DNA from: Eledone cirrhosa
Taxonomy: Eukaryota
Length of the DNA: 64,000 nucleotides
Assembly (NCBI GenBank): GCA_964016885.1
Contig: OZ024744.1
Location: 16,802,001-16,866,000 of the forward strand
Direction: 5' to 3'
In this document: piece after piece, positions 12,180-29,300 of the stretch
Layout: each line of letters starts with the position of its first letter
How positions within the stretch are numbered: position 1 is the first letter of the stretch
The notes under the pieces: model-generated
Told to the model about the DNA's origin: nothing
The model's database searches: none
What the model saw: only the letters and a program-made list of their open reading frames with translations
Position numbers and translations under genes: made by a program

Positions 12180-14084
12180 ATGTTAAACGCAGCGAACGAA
12201 AATAGTGGTGGGGGGACAGCGGTAAGAGTTGTAAGCTCGCACGATTTAGTCCCCCCTTCCTTCCCAACTAACGTCATAGAGAAGGAAGGAAAAATTAAAA
12301 TAAAAACAGACGAATCTGCGGAGAAAAAAAATGACGAAAACAAAAATCTGGACATGGATTCCAACAACGAAAAAAAAAAATTTGAAAAATTGCATGACAA
12401 TACTAATAACACAAACAAAGACACAACAAACACAAAAATAAAATTTGAAAATAACACCATAGCAGAAAGCAAAGCAGACGACAGAGTCAAGATTTCATTT
12501 GCACAAAAAACAAAGAAATCTTTGACTTATATACCCGAAAATATTTCAGATGTGGCACGAAGAATCACAGACGCCAAACAATACATAAGTGAAGGAGAGA
12601 ATGGTATTTTATCGGTAAAAATGCCTCAAGAATTCACCAAAGACATTAAAAGCCGAACGATCAAGTTCCGCACCATCAACAACACTACAAAAAAACCTGA
12701 ACAGCCTTCTCAAGCAGATATCAAAACAGTACTCACAGAAGTACTTAATGAAACCACTTTCATAAGAAAAGACAGACTGTATGGAAGCCTAGCAATTATC
12801 ATGAAGAACGAATCGGCGGCCAAAAAATGTGCTTTGTCACCGATTCGTTCGAAAAATTTTACCTTTTATCCATCTTATATGGGGAAAAGAACTCAACGCA
12901 TATGGCTGGATGCAATGATGCCAGATGTGGACTACTGCTGGCTCATAGCTGGCTTCATCGATCCAGTGAATGACAACGTGATTTCCATTGGGAAAACCAC
13001 AGGCAATGCGTTCAGTGGAACAGGTATAGAGCTGGTAGTGCAAATGAAGCCAGAACGCATCGCCCAAATACCCGACAGAATCCTATTAGAGGGCCACGGG
13101 TATATAAACATTAGCGTGGAGGGGAGAAGGCCGTCCTGCCATATCTGTGCAGGCAGACGGCACCTGAAGGCCGCTTGTCCCCAACTCAACAAAAAGAAAA
13201 CCCTGCTACCACCACCAGCTCCACCACCACCACCACAACAGATAAACAAACAACAAAACTCAGTCCCACCCAACCCGTCCCTCAGTAAAACCACACCACC
13301 ACCAAAACACAAACAGTCACAACACATTACCCCAAAACAAAATACAGGCCCACCCAACCTCTCACTCAATAAAACAACACAACCACCGCAGACACAACAC
13401 ACAACACAGTCTAACATAGTGATATCCATCTCCCCCACAAAGAAAACCAACACGGAAACATTACCAGCAAACATACCTCTTCCCTCCAACACTGAAGATA
13501 ACCCAACGAATTCGGAGGAAGAAACAGAGTCCTTCAGACAGATTAAAAGGAAAAAAAGAAAACATGTGCAAAACACACAAGGCCAAACAACCCCCACCCA
13601 AATCTCAACACAATCCAACAAAACAGAAAACACCCCTCCAGCAACAAACAAAACCAAACCTGCCCCTCCCCTCTTCGAAACACTCACACCATCCGAAAAA
13701 AAGACATTACACTATACTTACATCAACAGAAACAATAATAAATTAAATGAACTCATAAACAATAATCCTTCGGTACAAACCGAAGGTGTAAACTTTGTTT
13801 CTTCAGAAAACTACCCACATTTAAAATTAATAAAGATCCCAATGAACCTCTACCAAAAACTAAAAAAGGATTTTAAGGAGGACGTAGGACCACCCTCTGT
13901 CAAACCCATAAACCGCGTCCTACTAAAAAGCTTTCCCCCTCCCCTTCCCCTCCCCAACACAACTCCAAACACCCCAACCCCACCACACACTGACGATCCC
14001 ACACCACCACAAGACACCCCTTCACCCAACACCCCCGACCCCATGGAAGTCGTGCAACCCGAACCCCGGGAAGCGGAAAGGTAG
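12180..14084 (+). CDS. Tx1-like ORF1 (gag-like nucleic-acid-binding protein), intact
   Basis: Open from ATG 12180 to TAG 14084. Contains CHICAGRRHLKAAC (C-X2-C-X4-H-X4-C), Pro/Thr/Gln-rich linker and basic KRKKRK; homologous to ORF1 of copies C, D and E. Confidence 0.85.
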   Translation: MLNAANENSGGGTAVRVVSSHDLVPPSFPTNVIEKEGKIKIKTDESAEKKNDENKNLDMDSNNEKKKFEKLHDNTNNTNKDTTNTKIKFENNTIAESKADDRVKISFAQKTKKSLTYIPENISDVARRITDAKQYISEGENGILSVKMPQEFTKDIKSRTIKFRTINNTTKKPEQPSQADIKTVLTEVLNETTFIRKDRLYGSLAIIMKNESAAKKCALSPIRSKNFTFYPSYMGKRTQRIWLDAMMPDVDYCWLIAGFIDPVNDNVISIGKTTGNAFSGTGIELVVQMKPERIAQIPDRILLEGHGYINISVEGRRPSCHICAGRRHLKAACPQLNKKKTLLPPPAPPPPPQQINKQQNSVPPNPSLSKTTPPPKHKQSQHITPKQNTGPPNLSLNKTTQPPQTQHTTQSNIVISISPTKKTNTETLPANIPLPSNTEDNPTNSEEETESFRQIKRKKRKHVQNTQGQTTPTQISTQSNKTENTPPATNKTKPAPPLFETLTPSEKKTLHYTYINRNNNKLNELINNNPSVQTEGVNFVSSENYPHLKLIKIPMNLYQKLKKDFKEDVGPPSVKPINRVLLKSFPPPLPLPNTTPNTPTPPHTDDPTPPQDTPSPNTPDPMEVVQPEPREAER

Positions 14085-14117
14085 GTCTCTACACTCTCCT
14101 TTGGCTCTGCCGCCCAC

Positions 14118-17100
14118 ATGGATGTGTTAAGAGTAGGATGTTTGAATGCACGTGGCCTGGGCTCAACTTGGAAGCAAGCAAAGCTTCTAAATGACCTCAG
14201 GTCATGTAGTATAAATGTAATGGTTATCTGTGAGACTCGAATCAGCGTCGTGCGGCAGCTAGCCCCCACCTTCGATGACTTTGAGGTGCATGCATCTCTC
14301 TGTCAACCTGGAGGTGGTGGTGGGTTGTCGTACTGCTGCAAAAACACCTGCGTCTTGCCGTACAGGTTGTGCACTCGGACCCGGAGGGTCGTTTGTTGGT
14401 GCTAGACGTTGGCAGTAGTGAAAGTGCGGCCTTGAGACTGGTCGCCGTCTACTCCCCTTTCGGAGCTGAACGGCCCGACTTCTTCCAGCGTTTGGAGACT
14501 TTTCTGGGAACGTCGCGTTCCCTGCTTCTAGCGGGGGATTGGAATGACATCCTAGATGCACGTTGGGACTGCAGGAGCATGTCCTAATAGAGGGGGGTGT
14601 AACAGCCTCAAGGGGTTACTCGACCGTTTTAACTTTGTCGATAGATATCGACTAGATTTTCCAACTGTGCCTACCTGGACTTGGAGAAACCACAGTGGTC
14701 AATCTAGATCGTACTTAGATAGATTCTTAGTTAGAAGTAAGGACAGGGACATATTAAGCTGTCCAGAAATGCGCACGGTTGGCTACACGGATCACAAATT
14801 AGTGACCTGCGTAGTCAATCTCGAGAAAACACACATAAACAGGGTCCCGGTTACTGGAAACTTAATTTGTCTTTACCGGCAAAAGAGACTTACAGAAACC
14901 GGATTAGCAGATTAGTTAAGGAGAGGTTGACGGGTGCAATCGTCAACAACCGATGGTGGGCATCTCTCAAAAGAGAGATTAGAACAGAATCAATAAGTTA
15001 TAGCAAGATGTTAGCTGCCGATAGGAATAGAAACGAGAAAGAATTAACAGGTAAATTAGAAGAGGCAATCAAGAGCGAAGATGTGGCGAGAGTGCTGGCA
15101 TCGAGGACTGCCTTGAACCAGTTTTTCGATGCAAAGCACGAAGGCTGCGTCATTCGAAGTAAAATACGTGCTCTAGGTAATGAGGGGGCCAAAGCCGTTG
15201 GCTGGGCCCGCGTGACAGAAGCTAAGAGTGGAAATCGATCCACCATCCGGTCGTTGCAAGACGAAGATGGACGGGTGATCCGGGAGCCTAAGCAGATGTG
15301 CGAGGCCTTTCAAAGGCACTTTGCCCGATTGTTCGGGGGAGGCGAGGGTCCGGGCGGGGGCGTGGATTTCGGTCCATACCTCGACGGCCTGCCGCGTCTC
15401 TCGAGCGAAGAGGCAGAGTCCTGCGAGGGACCAATCTCGGCTGATGAGATCGGAGATGCGCTGAGCCAATGCAGCAGACGCAAATCTCCAGGTCTCGATG
15501 GTATACCTTACGAACTTTATTTAGCAATGCCGGTCTTCTTCTCCGAACTCCTCGAAGCGGTCTACTGCAATTGGCAGCAGAACGGGAGAATTCCTTGTTC
15601 TGTAGCCAAGGGCGTAGTCACGCTGGTGAGGAAGGACGAGAACAAGGGAGATAGTATAAATAATTTTCGGCCCATAACCCTGCTAAACACAGAGTTAAAG
15701 ATTTTGGCCAAGGTGTTAGCAAAGAGGTTGGCGCTTCACGTGGGTGGCCTGGTGGGAGATGCGCAGACATGTGCTATCCCATCCAGGTCCATTCACGATA
15801 ACCTCCACCTCATGCGATACATCATAGAGAGGGTTGGCAACAAACCCGGCTTCGGTGGGGCCCTGATCAACTTGGATCAGTCTAAGGCCTTCGATAGGGT
15901 CGACCATGGTTAGCTGGATGCGGTGCTAGCGGCGGCTGGGTTCGGTCCTGTTTTCAGAGGCTGGATCACTGCCTTACATAGCAACCACATCTGTTCTAGG
16001 ATCAAGGTGAACGGCTACCTTTCGAAGCCGTTCGAAATCACACGATCCATTCGACAGGGGTGCCCTCTCTCCTCCCTTCTGTACGTATTGACTCTCGAGC
16101 CTTTACTGAGGAAGTTGGAGTTGTTGCAGGGTATCCCCCTGGAACCAGGATTGAGCAAAGCGGTGTCGGCCTACGTCGATGACGTAACAGTAATGGTATC
16201 GACCGACTCGGAGATCGAGGCGATCGGTACCTTACTGGAGGATTACGAAAGGTTTTCAGGAGCGAAACTGAGCCGGGAAAAATCCATCGGGCTGCAACTC
16301 GGAACGTGGAGAGGCAGACCGATGCCTCCCGATGGTGTCGTCGGACACTGGACGGAGGGCCCGGTAAAGTTGCTTGGGGTCTGGTTTGGACCGGACCTCC
16401 AGGTGGAAAAGAACTGGAACGAGGTTACGAACAAGGTGTTTGCACTAACCCAGAAATGGGCCAAGTGTAAGCTGTCCCTAAAAGGCCGGGCGGAGGTGGC
16501 GAACATTTACATAGCGTCCGTCACTTACTACCGCCTGACTGTCGTGCCTTGCCCTAAGGAAACACTCACCACCATGGAACGCATGCTCTTCCAATTTCTT
16601 TGGAAGAAGCGCCCTCCTATGGTGAGAAGATCCATCTGCTGCCAACAACCTTCGAAAAGAGGGCTGGGGATGCCGTGGTTGATGATGCGTAGGCACGCAT
16701 TAAGGCTACGGCACCTACAGGTATTCCTCACTGGTCAACCGGTGTGGGCTCCGTTCGTGAAACGAGCCTTTCCGAGACTCGTTTCGCTCACCGAGTTACA
16801 GTCCTGGGTCAAGCAAAGATCCGGAAAACTGGGAGACTGGCACACTGAGTGTGCTCAGGCGCTCAGGGCTCTCTGGCAAGCGGGCCAGGCCATCGGTGGA
16901 GAATCCACCTCGTCATTCTATAGAGGGCTGGTGGCTAGCAGGGGCGATTACACCCTTGGAGAGTCGCTGGACATGGAAGAAGACGAACTGGCCAGCCTGT
17001 TCGGTAGGACTTTCGGCCCAGGACCAATGGACAACTTCCAGAAGTCACTGGCCTGGCAGTGCTACTGAGGGGCTCTACCCGTTCGAGAGAGGCTCTACAG

Positions 17101-17554
17101 ACACGGGCGCCCGGGCAGGGATCCCTCAAAAAAGATTTGCCCTAGATGTGTGCGTCACGAAGAAACCGTTGCGCACGCATTGGTGCAATGTCCGGGCGTG
17201 GCTGATCTGTAGGGCTACGCCGAACGACTGCTGTCGCGGGTGGCGCCGATTCAATTGACCGCCGAGTCCGTGATGACAATCAAACCGCCTCCCCTCTTCA
17301 CAAAGGAAGCAAAGGCGGGTTTTCTGTGCGTAATAGCCATGTTGAAAGAGGTTGTTTGGTGGACACGATTGAAAGGTCTGAGGTCAGGCAACTTCCTCTC
17401 TGGCCATAGTCTGGTCTACTTCTTCCGATATCACTTCGGAAGAAGGATAAGAATGGAGAGAGAGGTGCTTGGCCACAGGCAGTTTTATGAAAGGTGGGTG
17501 ATAGTGGCGAGAATGGCTCGTCTAAATGGGCCTTCTCTGTATACCATCCTGTAG
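14118..17554 (+). pseudogene. Tx1-like ORF2 (APE endonuclease, RT, C-terminal CCHC), copy B
   Basis: GCLNARGL, ICETR, LAGDWN, SYLDRF, TDHKLV; NFRPITLLN, LDQSKAFDRVDH, IRQGCPLS, AYVDDV; CPRC..EETVAHALVQC. Frameshifts in EN and stops at 15911, 17066 and ~17210. Confidence 0.92.
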
Positions 17555-17788
17555 GTAAAGAAGTAAAGGAGAGGGGAGCACCTTCTCCATGTGCTCCCCG
17601 GGCAAAGGATTGCACACTTTTTCGGGGGGGGGGTGCAACCCCCATCACGTCCCCTCCCTTTTGAGGTTATTTTCAATTAATTTTATTTTATACCCTTTTT
17701 ACTCGATTGTATGTAAACTCCCCCTTTGTATTTGTCCCTTCTTTTTATGCCTTTATGGTAAATAAAGAAATATATCTATCTATCTATC

Positions 17789-17839
<51 letters not shown>

Positions 17840-17849
17840 TTGTCTGTCT

Positions 17850-20400
17850 ATCAGGATCCCAGCAGATGTCAACATATGGTGGATCCTACGCTGCATCCTG
17901 AAGAAGGATGAGGACACCCTCCTATCTGTAGACAAGACAGACCGACATAACTGGTTTGGAACCTGCATCGAGGTTCTGGTACAAATGAGCCCAGAGAGAG
18001 TTGAGAAAATACCGGACAGGATCGTCCTTGTGGAAGATGTCATCTCCATTTTAGTGGAGGGGAAATACCTTAGTGCCATAAGTGTGGGAAAACCACACAC
18101 TTAAAGGCCTTTTGCCCTCTCTTAAACAAACCGAAGACAAAAAGGTGTTATTACCAACACCAAAACCCCAACATCAACACGCCAAACCAAACACAACACA
18201 AACACCTGCAACAGTCACTCCCACACCACCACAGACCAGAGACACCCACACACACAAAATCCCACTGAAAAACCCTCCATTGCCTCTTCCCCCCTTTCAA
18301 ATACTTCCACAAACACCTGCAAAAACACTCCACCACACAACATACTCCTCCCATCTACCCCTGATTCAGAAGTCTCAGATACGGGAACCTCTACATCTCC
18401 AAGTGGGAATGAGAGGAACCCCAAAAATCAAAAAAACAAAAAAGACACAAAAACATCTACAGAAAACACGCACACACCCAACAAAACCATAAACACACCG
18501 CCACAAACGACAAACACACCAACAACACAATCACCACCAACACAACCAAACACTTCACCAACAAAACAAACACTCACACCACCTCAACCACAAACCCCAA
18601 CCACAAAAAGAAAACTACAAACAGAAACAGTACACATAAAAAACAAAACACATTACACATACATAAAAACAAGAAACAAAGAACTGGCCAAAAGCCCCTT
18701 AACCGTGTCCTGCTAAAAGGATTCCCTCCCTCCCCAAACACCACCAATCTAGACATGGAGATCGAACAACCCGACCTCCAGGAAACGAAAAGGTAAGTGT
18801 TCCTGCCAGACTTCTTCAAGCGTCTGGAGCCATTCCTGGGAACGTCTCACTCCTTAGTGTTAGCGGGGGACTGGAATGGCATCTTAGACGCACGTTGGGA
18901 CTATGTAGGGGCTTGTGATAATAGAGGGGCGGGGGTGTAATAGCCTAAAAAATCTCATCAGCCAATTCCAACTGGTTGATAGATATCGACAAGACTTCCC
19001 AAGTGCACCACTGTGGACGTGAAGCAACTGCACTGGGTCTTCTAGATCGTATTTAGATAGATTTTTAATTAGACAGAATGATAAGGAAACATTAAGCTGT
19101 CCACAAATGCACATGGTTGCCTATTCAGACCACAAATTAGTCACCTGCGTAGTCAACCTTGATAGAACACATAGACAGAGAACCGGATACTGGAAGCTAA
19201 ACATCTCACTCCCGGTGCGTAAGGCCTACAGTAAACGGATTAGCACCTTAGTTAAGTGCCAGTTGACGAGGGCGATCGTTAACAACAGGTGGTGGCGCTC
19301 TCTCAAGAGAGCAATTAGAATAGAATCAATAGCATTTAGCAAGGAAGTAGCTTTAGAAAAAAACAAAACTGAAAGGGAACTGGTAGCTAAAATAGAAGAG
19401 GCATTTAGGAATGGCAGTACAGCGGACGTGCTAGCGGCGAGAACGGCACTAGACCAGTTCTTCAACGTGAAATACGAAGGTTGTATTGTCAGAAGTAGAA
19501 CGCGTGCTCTAAGAAACGAGGGAGCCAAAGCTGTTAGCTGGGCTCGAGTGTCAGAGGCGAAAAGTGGCAACAAATCCACAATTCGGTCTTTGCAAGACAA
19601 AGATGGACGCATTATACTTGAATCCAAGCAGATGTGCACGGCCTTCCAGCAGCATTTTGCACAACTGTTCGGGCAAAGCCGTACATCGAGCGAGGTGATG
19701 AACTTCAGCTCGTACCTCGATGGCGTACTGCAACTCTCGAGCACGGATGCGGAGAGCTGCGAAAGGCCGATCACAGCGGGAGAAATAGAAGATGCGCTAG
19801 GCCGCTGCGGGAAACGCTAATCACCACTTTAGATGGTCTACCCTATGAGTTTTACATAGGCATGCCAGACTTGTTCTCTGGCGTCCTCGAAGTGGTCTAC
19901 TGTAACTGGCAGCAGAACGGGAGGATTCCCAGTTCTTAGGCATAGGCGTAGTAACGCTGATCAGGAAAGATGAGAACAAGGGGATGAGATAAGCAATTTC
20001 AGGCCCATAACTATGCTCAACACAGAGTTAAAGATTTTGACCAAGGTGTTAGCAGCAAGGCTGGTGCTTCTCATCGAGAACCTGGTGGGGGAAGCCCAAA
20101 CGTGTGCAATCCCGACCAGGTCCATACACGACAACCTCCACCTCATGCGATACATCATAGAGAGGGTAGGGTGTAAACCTGGCTTTGGTGGGACTCTGAT
20201 CAATTTAGATCAGTCTAAGGCATTTGATAGGGTCGACCATCAATACTTGGAAGCAGTTCTCAAGGCGGGGATTTCAATTGTTATTTTATTATATATAGTT
20301 TATTGTTATTTATTAATGTTAAAGTTATTTTTATGTAAAACCCCCGCCGTCACGTCCTGTAATGTCCCATTTTTGTACGCCCCTGTGTCAAATAAAGAAA
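17850..20400 (+). mobile_element. Tx1-like LINE copy C (5'-truncated, two internal deletions)
   Basis: ORF1 3' half to 18796, jump into the middle of EN, RT up to EAVLKA (20268), then jump to the 3' UTR; ends AATAAAGAAA 20391-20400. Confidence 0.88.
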
Positions 20401-20402
20401 TA

Positions 20403-26225
<5,823 letters not shown>

Positions 26226-26226
26226 T

Positions 26227-26312
<86 letters not shown>

Positions 26313-29300
26313 CTCTACCAGACGTGTGTAACTTCGCGGAGAAGTTTCCGTTAATTTATGTAAGAAAAAAACGTGAGTTTTCAGTTAAAATATATATTAT
26401 TGTGTAACTTGACCCCCCGTCTGACTCTTCAGGTGCTGGATCAACTAATTTTCGCCCCTACAGGGGCGAAATATTCGTTTTAAAAATTTTTCTCCATCGA
26501 ATTTTGGAAAAAATATCGTAAGTTTGATTACGTTATGAACGCGTTCGACGATAATGGTGGTGGAGAGTCGGTAAGACTACATAGCTCGCAGTCAACATCG
26601 TCTTCTTCCCTTTCCTTCTCCATAAATACTGAGTTGGAAAGACGAAATGAAATTGTAAAAACAAATTCATATCCAAACAACACAAATGACACCAAACAGT
26701 ACAATGACAACAAAAATAACAACAACACCAATAATGATGATAAAAACAACAATGACAACAACAACAAAGAAAAAAATAAAGACAACACCAATAATACCAG
26801 CATCAAAAACATTAACAACACCAACACCAACACCAAGGAAAATACAAATAATATCAACATCAGTGACAACAAGAATAACCACAAGAATAACAACAATAAT
26901 GACAACACCACCAACACGGATAATTCCACAAAGAAACCGAAAATCTCCTTTGCACAGACAGTTCAGAAAAAGGAGGAACTGACATATCTCGACATAACAA
27001 ATGCCGAACAACTTTTAAAGGACGCTAGGAGATATTTCACTTTCGAAAAGAATGGTGCTTTCAGCATCAATTCTCCGGTAGAAATTCGCAAGGAAACTGC
27101 TCTCAAAACGATAGTTTTTAGGACAGTTTCCAATTCTACCCGACAACCAGTCCAATTGTCACAGAAATAAATTGAACTGGTTTTCAAAAATTCAATGAAT
27201 AATATTTCATTCATTCAAAGAAGCAAACTCTTTGGGAGTATTTTGGTACTCATGAAGGATCAATTGACGGCCCAAAATTACTCTGTGTCGCCAATTGTAT
27301 CCAACCTGTATACCTTTTTCCCTACATACATAGGAAAAAGGACACAAAAGATTAGAATCACGAGTGTCACACCAAAGGTAAACATATGGTGGATACTGTG
27401 CGGCTTCATCAATTTTGACGAAGACAGAATACTGTCAGTAGGAAAGTCCCCCAGAGATGTATTCAATGGGACTAGCGTTGAAGTTCTGGTGCAAATAAGC
27501 CCCGACCGAATAGCTATGATCCGACAACTTGTACTCCTGGACGGACTCACCTACAGAAACTTTTCGGTTGAGGGTAGGCGGCCTTTATGTTAGCACTGCT
27601 TTAGCATGGGTTATCTGAGGGCTTCCTGTCCTAAATTAATGAGTAAAAAAAAGACTCTTCTGCCGACACCCATCAAAATAACACAACCACCAACACCACC
27701 ACAACAACAACAACACCAACACACAAAAATAACCACATCAAACACAGTCCCACCCAACCCCACTCGACCTAAAACCACTGCAAAATCACATACAGACACA
27801 ACAGCTCCCCAAGACATACACCTCCCCAATCACACAGACGATACAACAAATGAGGCTATCTCGCCATCACCCAGTGAACACGAGGGAGAACCCCATCGCT
27901 CGAAAAGAAAGAAAAGACATCACAAAAGCAAAAAACCAGCAAACACTACCACAAACATACAACCACCAACACAAACAACAAAAACATCACAAACAAAACC
28001 CCCACCTCCTGAAAACAAAATACCTACAACAAAATGAAAGCACACACAAGAACTACAGACAAAAACAAACACAACACAAGAAAATTACACTTACACTTAC
28101 ATAAACACTGAAAACAAAACACTAATGAAGACCATCACGAACAACCCTTCGGTGAAAACCGAAAGGAAAGCTTTCGCCCACTCGATTAAAAATAAGAAAA
28201 AGCTGAACCTAAAACTGATTAGGGTCCCTATACAAACTTATAGGTCCCTAAAAGAAACATTTGAAAAGGATGTGGGGAATTCCTGCGTGAAACCACTTAA
28301 CAGCGTCCTTCTCAAATGTCTCCTCACCCAGACACCCCCATCCCACCAGACCCCACCCCACCAAACATCTCGGTCCCCACCCCGCCGGAAACCACCACCC
28401 ACCCAGACAATCCCTCCAACACCCCCATGGAAATCGTGCAGCCTGGTCCCCAGGAGACGAAGGGTGAGTGATTTCTTTTCCTCTTTTAACTTTTCAGAAC
28501 CAACATGGCCAATATAAGAGTTGGATGTGTGAACGTACGCGGCCTGGGGATGCCTTGGAAACAGGGCAAACTCTTAAACGACCTCAGGTCGCACAGTATG
28601 GATGTAGTAGCCATTTGCGAGTCCAGGATCCACAGCGAGCGACAGCTAGCCCCCATCTTCGATGACTTTGAGATCTACGCATCTCTCTGTCGGCCATCTG
28701 TAGGGTCGGGGTTGCCGTTTTGCTGCGAAAACACCTGGACCTCGTAACACAGACGGTACATCTGGACCCGGAGGGTCGACTGGTGGTCCTAGACGTTGAC
28801 GGTAGTGAAGGTGGAGACTTCAGGCTGGTGACTGCATATGCCCCATCCAGGACACCGCGGCCAGACTTCTTCAAACGTCTAGAGAGTTTTCTGGGAACGT
28901 CGCGCTCCTTGCTTTTAGTGGGGCACTGGAATGGAATCCTAGATGCACGTTGGGACTATGTGGGAGCATGTCCCGATAAAGGGGGGGGGGGGTAACAGCC
29001 TCAAACAGTTAATCGACCGATTTGAACTGGCCGATAGATATCGACTAGATTTTCGGTCTGTGCCACTGTGGACGTGGACTAATCGTAGCGGAACATCTAG
29101 ATCGTACCTAGATAGGGTTCTAGTTAGAAATAAGGATAGGGACAAGTTAAGCTGTCCACAAATGTTCATGGTTGCCTATTCAGATCACAAATTAGTGACC
29201 TGCATGGCCAGCCTTGATAGAACCCATAGACAAGGACCCGGCTACTGGAAGCTGAACTTGTCGTTACCGACATGCAAAGCCTACAGTAGACGGATTAGCA

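Larger units (their letters stand above)
11937..17770 (+). mobile_element. Tx1-like LINE copy B (full length, ORF2 disrupted)
   Basis: 5' UTR, ORF1 with zinc knuckle, ORF2 EN-RT-CCHC, 3' UTR ending AATAAAGAAA at 17761-17770. Confidence 0.92.

Noticed and set aside
15441-15460. Other CTGATGA hits (15441, ~25507, ~37506, ~41792) as hammerheads
   Set aside because: No correctly placed stems and GAAA.
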